In this document: positions 59,701 through 64,000 of the stretch, piece after piece
How positions within the stretch are numbered: position 1 is the stretch's first letter
How the letters are laid out: every line of letters starts with the position of its first letter
NCBI GenBank assembly: GCA_963798845.1
Contig: CAWCUS010000002.1
Location: forward strand, 288,001 to 352,000
Direction: 5' to 3'
Origin: an uncultured Gemmatimonadales bacterium
GTDB taxonomy: Bacteria; Gemmatimonadota; Gemmatimonadetes; Longimicrobiales; RSA9
Length of the DNA stretch: 64,000 nucleotides
Notes under the pieces: model-generated
What the model was told of the DNA's origin: nothing
The model's database searches: none
What the model saw: only the letters and a program-made list of their open reading frames with translations
Made by a program: the position numbers and the translations under genes

Positions 59701-59914
59701 CCGCATCCTCGACCGCCGCCTTCTCCTCCGGATAGAAGTAGAAGTCGAAATGATCCGTGTGCAGCTCCTGCCAGTCGAAGTCCTCGTACTGCACCTTGTT
59801 CCGGCCGAAGTACTGTGCGCTCGCCGCAGCCGGGGCCACGCCGAGCCCCAGGGACGCCGCCACCAGCATCCACACGCTCCGCGTTCCCCGCCTGCTCCTC
59901 CTCGCTTCAGCCAT
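56753..59914 (-). CDS. Metallopeptidase + TolB-like (PD40) beta-propeller + Omp85/BamA-like barrel protein
   Basis: Signal peptide AQYFGRNKVQY; HELVH + WLIEGMAEY; repeated (W)SPDG; barrel with VRGY and ELRLP, ending in W. Confidence 0.85.
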   Translation of the reverse strand: MAEARRSRRGTRSVWMLVAASLGLGVAPAAASAQYFGRNKVQYEDFDWQELHTDHFDFYFYPEEKAAVEDAGRMGERWYARLSRVFNHQFSSAKPVILYANHPDFQQTNTTEGQVGEGTGGFTESVKNRVVLPLTGVYADNDHVLGHELVHAFQYDIAQKMGAMGQQGIGALPLWLIEGMAEYLSKGRDDPLTAMWMRDAALRGDLPSFQQLTSDRRFFPYRYGQALWAYIGGRWGDRAVTDLFKASLQDGWSAAVKRVLRTSSDQLNQDWLTALRAHYLPLMEGKDRPGEVAQKILAKDIDAGDMNVGPALSPDGRYVAFYSERALFEITLFLADAHTGEVVKKVADSETSLHFDALSFLESAGAWSPDGKEMAFTAFADGDEELAVIRLADREIVRHIRIEGVGALNSPAWSPDGRMIAVAGNSGGMSNLYLVDAETGRAEQLTNDPYAELQPSWSPDGRTLAFVTDRAGTDLKTLEYGNMRIGLMDMGTRQVRMLDLFAGGKHIDPHYGPNGEWLYFISDADGFQDVYRVRLASGEIQRITRIATGVSGITDLSPALTIAQQTGDIMFSVFNEGNYTVYRMDAAQVEARAQPVQNRFAGVQPAAILPPMEAAERGIVASYMAEPLRGLPRDTVFPSGDYGARLALDYVGVPTLGASFGGPFGTMVQGAVATYWSDMLGNRQLMAAVQANGTFKDVGGQVQYVNRKGHLNWGLLAGHIPYRLGYYFYDPQSSFNGRPAVEQDLQLFRIYQDQAVALFEFPRSQTRRFEVNAGYMRYGFGLETLRVYYDAATGQQLGSETTSDTLPSELAHPLSMGTATFAYVGDWSNFGFTSPVRGGRFRFEVSPMFGGLNMVNALADYRRYFWHYPFTLAVRGMHYGRYGPDAENGNPLFTQQLFLGYETLVRGYDYNSFSSSECGATGVNGGCPVFNRLLGSKLAVASAELRLPLFGVPGFGLINFPFVPTELAGFVDAGVAWNSRSCGNDGSSTDSQGLSCTPVWKWNAPGERTPVVSAGITSRFNVLGFAVLEIYYAYPFQRPNKGWHFGFQLAPGW

Positions 59915-60005
59915 CCCGTCTCCTCTCGCTGCGGCCTCCGTCCAGGCCCGCTTCCAACGTGCTCTCACGCCCCCGGCCCCCGGCCGTGCGCCCGCTCCCC
60001 CTCGT

Positions 60006-60060
60006 ACGCCCGCTTCGCGCACGCCCGCCTCCCGACGCCCGCCTCCCGACGCCCGCCTTC
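60006..60060. repeat. Imperfect tandem repeat, 4 x about 14 bp (ACGCCCGCCTCCCG)
   Basis: Units start at 60006, 60021, 60035 and 60049 in a divergent intergenic region. Confidence 0.7.
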
Positions 60061-60198
60061 TTCCATAGAACGCGCCTGCGCGCAAAGCGTGTACCATGGG
60101 CCCGCTCTCGCGACTCGCCCCGCCGTCAACCAAAGCAATACCTCCACCACGGCCATCCCGTTCCCTGGGCCCTGCCCGGATTTTGCAATGCGCCACCC

Positions 60199-60227
60199 TT
60201 GCAATCTGCAAGTGGGCGCGCTAGCCT
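60199..60227 (+). promoter_or_regulatory. sigma70 promoter giving a leaderless transcript of the histidine kinase
   Basis: TTGCAA-N17-TAGCCT-N7-ATG(60235); no SD. Confidence 0.6.
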
Positions 60228-60234
60228 TGTCGCC

Positions 60235-61890
60235 ATGTCCTCGACCGCCTTCCTGCGCTGGATCTACCTGGCGCGCCTGACGCTGGCGGGCGGCATGTTC
60301 GCTGCCGCGTTGCTGGTGTGGACGCGTCCGATGGTGGCGCCGGAGACCACGCTGGTGGCCACGCTGCTGCTGGTGTCGGCGGTGGGCTTCACGGCAGCGA
60401 GCTACTGGCAGACACACGTGGCGCGCGGGACTCCATCGACGAACTTCCTGTACGCGCAGGCGTTGTTCGACGTGGTGGTGGCGACGGTGGTGGTGCACCT
60501 GACGGGGCGGGGTCAGAGCGAATTCGCGCCGCTGTTCGTGCTGGTGATCGCCGAGGGGGCGGTGCTGCTGCCGCTGCGCGGGGGATTCCTGGTGACGGCG
60601 CTGGCGATGCTGATGTACTTCGCGGACACGGTGTGGGGCGGGGCGTTCTCGGTGGTGTCGGGCGGGGTGACGCTGGAGGAGTCGGACCCGGGGGTGCTGA
60701 CGCGGCTGGTGCTGTTCGGTCTGATCGCGCTGGTGACGGCGTGGCTCGGGGACCGTCTGCGGCGCGCGGGGACGCAGCTGGGGGCGGTGGAGTCCGAGCT
60801 GCGGCAGCTGCAGCTGGACACGGACGACATCCTGGGGGCGCTGGACACGGGCGTGGCGACAGTGGATTCGGGCGGCGCGCTGGTCTACATCAACCCTGCG
60901 GCGGAGATGCTGCTCGGGATGAAGGGGCGGGAGTGGGTGGGGCGAGAGGCGCTGGAGGAGATGGACCGGGCTGCGCCGGGGGTGGCGAGGGTGGTGCGGG
61001 ACACGCTCGCGGCGCGGGCGCCGGTGCAATGGTACGAGACGCACACGCGGGCGACGCCGGAGCTCCGGATGGTGGGGGTGCGCACGGCGGCGCTGGAGCG
61101 GAACGAGCATCCGTGGGTGACGCTGGCGGTGCAGGACATCACGGACACGAAGCGGGTGGAGGCGGCGAGCCGTCGGGCGGAGCGGCTGGAAGCGGTGGCG
61201 GAGCTGGCGGCGTCGCTGGCGCACGAGATCAAGAACCCGCTCGCGTCGATCCGGAGCGCGGTCGAACAGCTCACCCGGAAAGGTGGCAAGCTGGCCTCGG
61301 ATGACCGGCGGGTGCTGGGTGAGCTGGTGGCGATGGAGTCGGACCGTCTGAGTCGGCTGCTTTCAGGCTTCATCGAGTTCAGTCGCGTGGAGATCCGGGA
61401 GCGCTCGGAAGTGGACCTGGCGGCGGTGGCCCGCTCGGCGGTGGAGGTGGCGCGCCAGCACCCGGACGCCCACAACGGGTGCCGTGTGAAGGTGGAGGGG
61501 GACGACGCGGTGCGGGTGGAAGGCGATTCGGACCTGCTGCACCGGGTGGTCTTCAACCTGGTGCTCAACGCCATCCAGCATTCTCCGGCGCAGAGCGAGG
61601 TCCGGGTGTCCGTGGCGCGCGCGGTCGAGCGCGACCTGCCGCCTGGCGCGGCGTTTCGTGAAGGGGCGCGCCTCTCAGTCCGCGACGACGGTCCGGGCAT
61701 AGCGGCCGCCGATGTGTCCCGCGTGTTCGACCCGTTCTTCACCACGCGCGAGGGCGGCAGCGGCCTGGGGCTGGCGCTGGTGCACCGGGCGGTGGAGGCG
61801 CACGAGGGCACGATCCTGATCGACAGCGCGGCGGGGCGGGGGACCGCGTTCACCGTGTACCTTCCGACGCGCGTGAGGCAGCGAGCGTGA
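60235..61890 (+). CDS. PilS-like membrane sensor histidine kinase with PAS domain
   Basis: About six TM helices, PAS, LAHEIKNPL, NLVLNA, DDGPGI, FDPFFTT, GSGLGL. Confidence 0.88.
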   Translation: MSSTAFLRWIYLARLTLAGGMFAAALLVWTRPMVAPETTLVATLLLVSAVGFTAASYWQTHVARGTPSTNFLYAQALFDVVVATVVVHLTGRGQSEFAPLFVLVIAEGAVLLPLRGGFLVTALAMLMYFADTVWGGAFSVVSGGVTLEESDPGVLTRLVLFGLIALVTAWLGDRLRRAGTQLGAVESELRQLQLDTDDILGALDTGVATVDSGGALVYINPAAEMLLGMKGREWVGREALEEMDRAAPGVARVVRDTLAARAPVQWYETHTRATPELRMVGVRTAALERNEHPWVTLAVQDITDTKRVEAASRRAERLEAVAELAASLAHEIKNPLASIRSAVEQLTRKGGKLASDDRRVLGELVAMESDRLSRLLSGFIEFSRVEIRERSEVDLAAVARSAVEVARQHPDAHNGCRVKVEGDDAVRVEGDSDLLHRVVFNLVLNAIQHSPAQSEVRVSVARAVERDLPPGAAFREGARLSVRDDGPGIAAADVSRVFDPFFTTREGGSGLGLALVHRAVEAHEGTILIDSAAGRGTAFTVYLPTRVRQRA

Positions 61891-63251
61891 TGAAGCCGAA
61901 GATCCTGGTGGTGGACGACGAGCGCTCGATCCTGAACACGCTGGAGATCCTCCTGCGAGGCGAAGGGTTCGACGTGGCCGTGAGCACGAGCGCGGCGGAC
62001 GCTCTGGCGCGCTGCCAGACGTTCGCGCCCGACCTGGTGTTGACGGACATCCGGATGCCCGGCACCAGCGGCCTGGAGCTCCTCTCCGAGCTCCGCGAGC
62101 GGGACCCGGAGCTGCCGGTCATCCTCATGACCGCCCAGGCTTCGCTGCAGTCCGCGATCGACGCGGTGAACCAGGGAGCGTTCTACTACCTCCAGAAGCC
62201 GTTCCCCAACGCGGACCTGGTGGCGCTCTGCCGCAGGGCCACGGAGACGCGCGCGCTCAAACGCGAGAACGTGGCGCTTCGGCGGGAGATCAACCGGCGC
62301 GACAGCTCGCGCGACCGGCGACCGGTGGGAAGGGACCGCGCTTTCCTCCAGATCCTCGAGCTGGCCGAGACCGTGGCGCCCACCGACTCGACGGTGCTCA
62401 TCACGGGCGAGAGCGGGACCGGCAAGGAGGTGCTGGCCCGCTACCTCCACGCACTCTCCCAGCGCGCCGACGGCCCGTTCGTTTCGGTCAACTGCGGCGC
62501 CCTCCCGGAGAACCTCCTGGAGTCGGAGCTCTTCGGTCACGTGAGGGGATCGTTCACGGGCGCGGTGCGCGACAGGGAAGGGCTGCTGGTCTCCGCCCGC
62601 GGCGGCACCTTCTTCCTCGACGAGGTCGGCGAGATGTCCGCGGCGCTGCAGGTCAAGCTGCTGCGGGCGCTCCAGGAGCGGGAAGTGGTGCCCGTGGGCT
62701 CCACCCGGCCGGTGGACATCGACGTGCGCGTCGTCGCCGCGACCAACCGCGACCTCGAGCACGAGATCCGGAAGGGCACGTTCCGGACGGACCTCTACTA
62801 CCGGCTCAACGTGATCTCGCTGCACATGCCGCCGCTGCGAGATCGGCCGGATGATGTGGTGCTGCTCGCGGAGCACTTCCTCGAGCGGGCGGCCGCCAAC
62901 GGAGACGCCGCGGCGCTCTCCATGTCCCAGGACGCGCGCGACTGCCTGCGGGGCTATGACTGGCCCGGCAACGTCCGTGAGCTGGAGAACGCGCTGGAGC
63001 GGGCGGCCGTGCTCGCCCGGGGCGGCGAGATCGACCGCGACCACCTCCCGAAGCGCGTGGTGGAGCCCCCGCCGGAGAGCCTGGTCTCGGAGCGCGAGCC
63101 GACGAATCCATCGCTCGAGGCCGTGGAGCGGGCGTACGTTCTCTGGGTCCTGCAGGCGGAAGGCGGGAACAAGGCGCGCGCCGCCGAGGTGCTCGGCATC
63201 GACCCGTCCACCCTGTACCGGAAGCTCAACCGCTACGGAGTCACAGAATGA
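61890..63251 (+). CDS. sigma54-dependent response regulator (PilR/AtoC-like)
   Basis: Receiver domain; GESGTGKE, ESELFGH, GSFTGA, WPGNVREL; Fis-type HTH. Confidence 0.92.
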   Translation: MKPKILVVDDERSILNTLEILLRGEGFDVAVSTSAADALARCQTFAPDLVLTDIRMPGTSGLELLSELRERDPELPVILMTAQASLQSAIDAVNQGAFYYLQKPFPNADLVALCRRATETRALKRENVALRREINRRDSSRDRRPVGRDRAFLQILELAETVAPTDSTVLITGESGTGKEVLARYLHALSQRADGPFVSVNCGALPENLLESELFGHVRGSFTGAVRDREGLLVSARGGTFFLDEVGEMSAALQVKLLRALQEREVVPVGSTRPVDIDVRVVAATNRDLEHEIRKGTFRTDLYYRLNVISLHMPPLRDRPDDVVLLAEHFLERAAANGDAAALSMSQDARDCLRGYDWPGNVRELENALERAAVLARGGEIDRDHLPKRVVEPPPESLVSEREPTNPSLEAVERAYVLWVLQAEGGNKARAAEVLGIDPSTLYRKLNRYGVTE

Positions 63252-64000
63252 GGCGAGCAGCGAAGCCGCTGCGGCTGTCCGTCATCATCCCGGTCTACAA
63301 CGAGGCCGCCACGGTCGAGGAGCTGGTGCGCAAGGTCCGCGGCGTGCCGCTCGATCTCGAGGTCATCACCATCGACGACGGCTCCTCCGACGGCACCGGT
63401 GCCCTGCTGGAGTCGCTGGAGCGCGCCGGGCTCGTGGACGTGCTGATCCGCCACGACCGCAACCGGGGCAAGGGGGCGGCGGTGCGGACGGGGATCCGGG
63501 CCGCGTCCGGAGACGCGCTCGTGGTCCAGGACGCCGACCTCGAATACGACCCGGCCGACCTCCCGTCGCTCCTGGATCCCATCGCGGACGGCCTGGCGGA
63601 CGCCGTCCTCGGCAGCCGGTTCCTCGGCGGCCCCCACCGCGTGCTCTACTTCTGGCACAGCATCGGGAACGGCCTGCTCACGCTCCTGTCCAACATGCTC
63701 ACGGACCTGAACCTCACGGACATGGAGACCTGCTACAAGATGATCAGGACCGAGCTGGCCCAGGGGCTGCCGCTACGGGCGAACCGCTTCGGCATCGAGC
63801 CGGAGCTCGTCGCGCGCCTCGCCCAGGCCGGGGCCCGCATCTACGAAGTCCCGATCAGCTACCACGGGCGCACCTACGCCGAGGGCAAGAAGATCGGCTG
63901 GAAGGATGGCGTGGCCGCGCTCTGGCACATCGTCCGCTGCAACGTCCTGTCCCGGCGTTCCCGCCCCGCCCCGTCCAGGTCCGGGTCGGCCCGCGGCGAG
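63248..64000 (+). CDS. Glycosyltransferase family 2 (polyprenol-phosphate sugar synthase-like); runs off the window
   Basis: IIPVYNE, DDGSSDGT, NRGKG, QDADLEYDP, GSRF, DMETCYK, EGKKI. Confidence 0.9.
   Translation, partial: MRRAAKPLRLSVIIPVYNEAATVEELVRKVRGVPLDLEVITIDDGSSDGTGALLESLERAGLVDVLIRHDRNRGKGAAVRTGIRAASGDALVVQDADLEYDPADLPSLLDPIADGLADAVLGSRFLGGPHRVLYFWHSIGNGLLTLLSNMLTDLNLTDMETCYKMIRTELAQGLPLRANRFGIEPELVARLAQAGARIYEVPISYHGRTYAEGKKIGWKDGVAALWHIVRCNVLSRRSRPAPSRSGSARGE

Overview
Very GC-rich (by eye >70%) bacterial chromosomal window with about 55 densely packed genes. I found no rRNA, tRNA, CRISPR array or transposase. The gene families present (orphan duplicated ABC permease, carboxypeptidase-regulatory/plug proteins, S46 peptidase, PRC-barrel protein) suggest Gemmatimonadota; this is an inference. 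The most striking block (3.5-20 kb) is an anaerobic aromatic/amino-acid catabolic island. It holds a PaaX-family regulator heading a complete class I benzoyl-CoA reductase operon (oah-dch-bcrCBAD-small CxxC ORF-had), a divergent MaoC dehydratase, an indolepyruvate oxidoreductase whose alpha subunit is fused to a GltD-like NAD(P)H flavoenzyme, ptb-buk, and a cDPGS/ArcE-like P-loop protein. A second highlight is a short upstream ORF (41159-41488) with a signal/TM segment, an HDHDLC metal-binding patch and a C-terminal RAPP ribosome-arrest motif, placed in front of an ATPase-less metal uptake operon. Other points: a sugar-salvage operon with a divergent GHMP kinase (GKHTDY); a metallopeptidase/beta-propeller/Omp85 fusion; several sigma54 and leaderless sigma70 promoters; and three single-base frameshifts (ettA, ADP-forming acyl-CoA ligase, a small membrane protein) that are most likely assembly indels.
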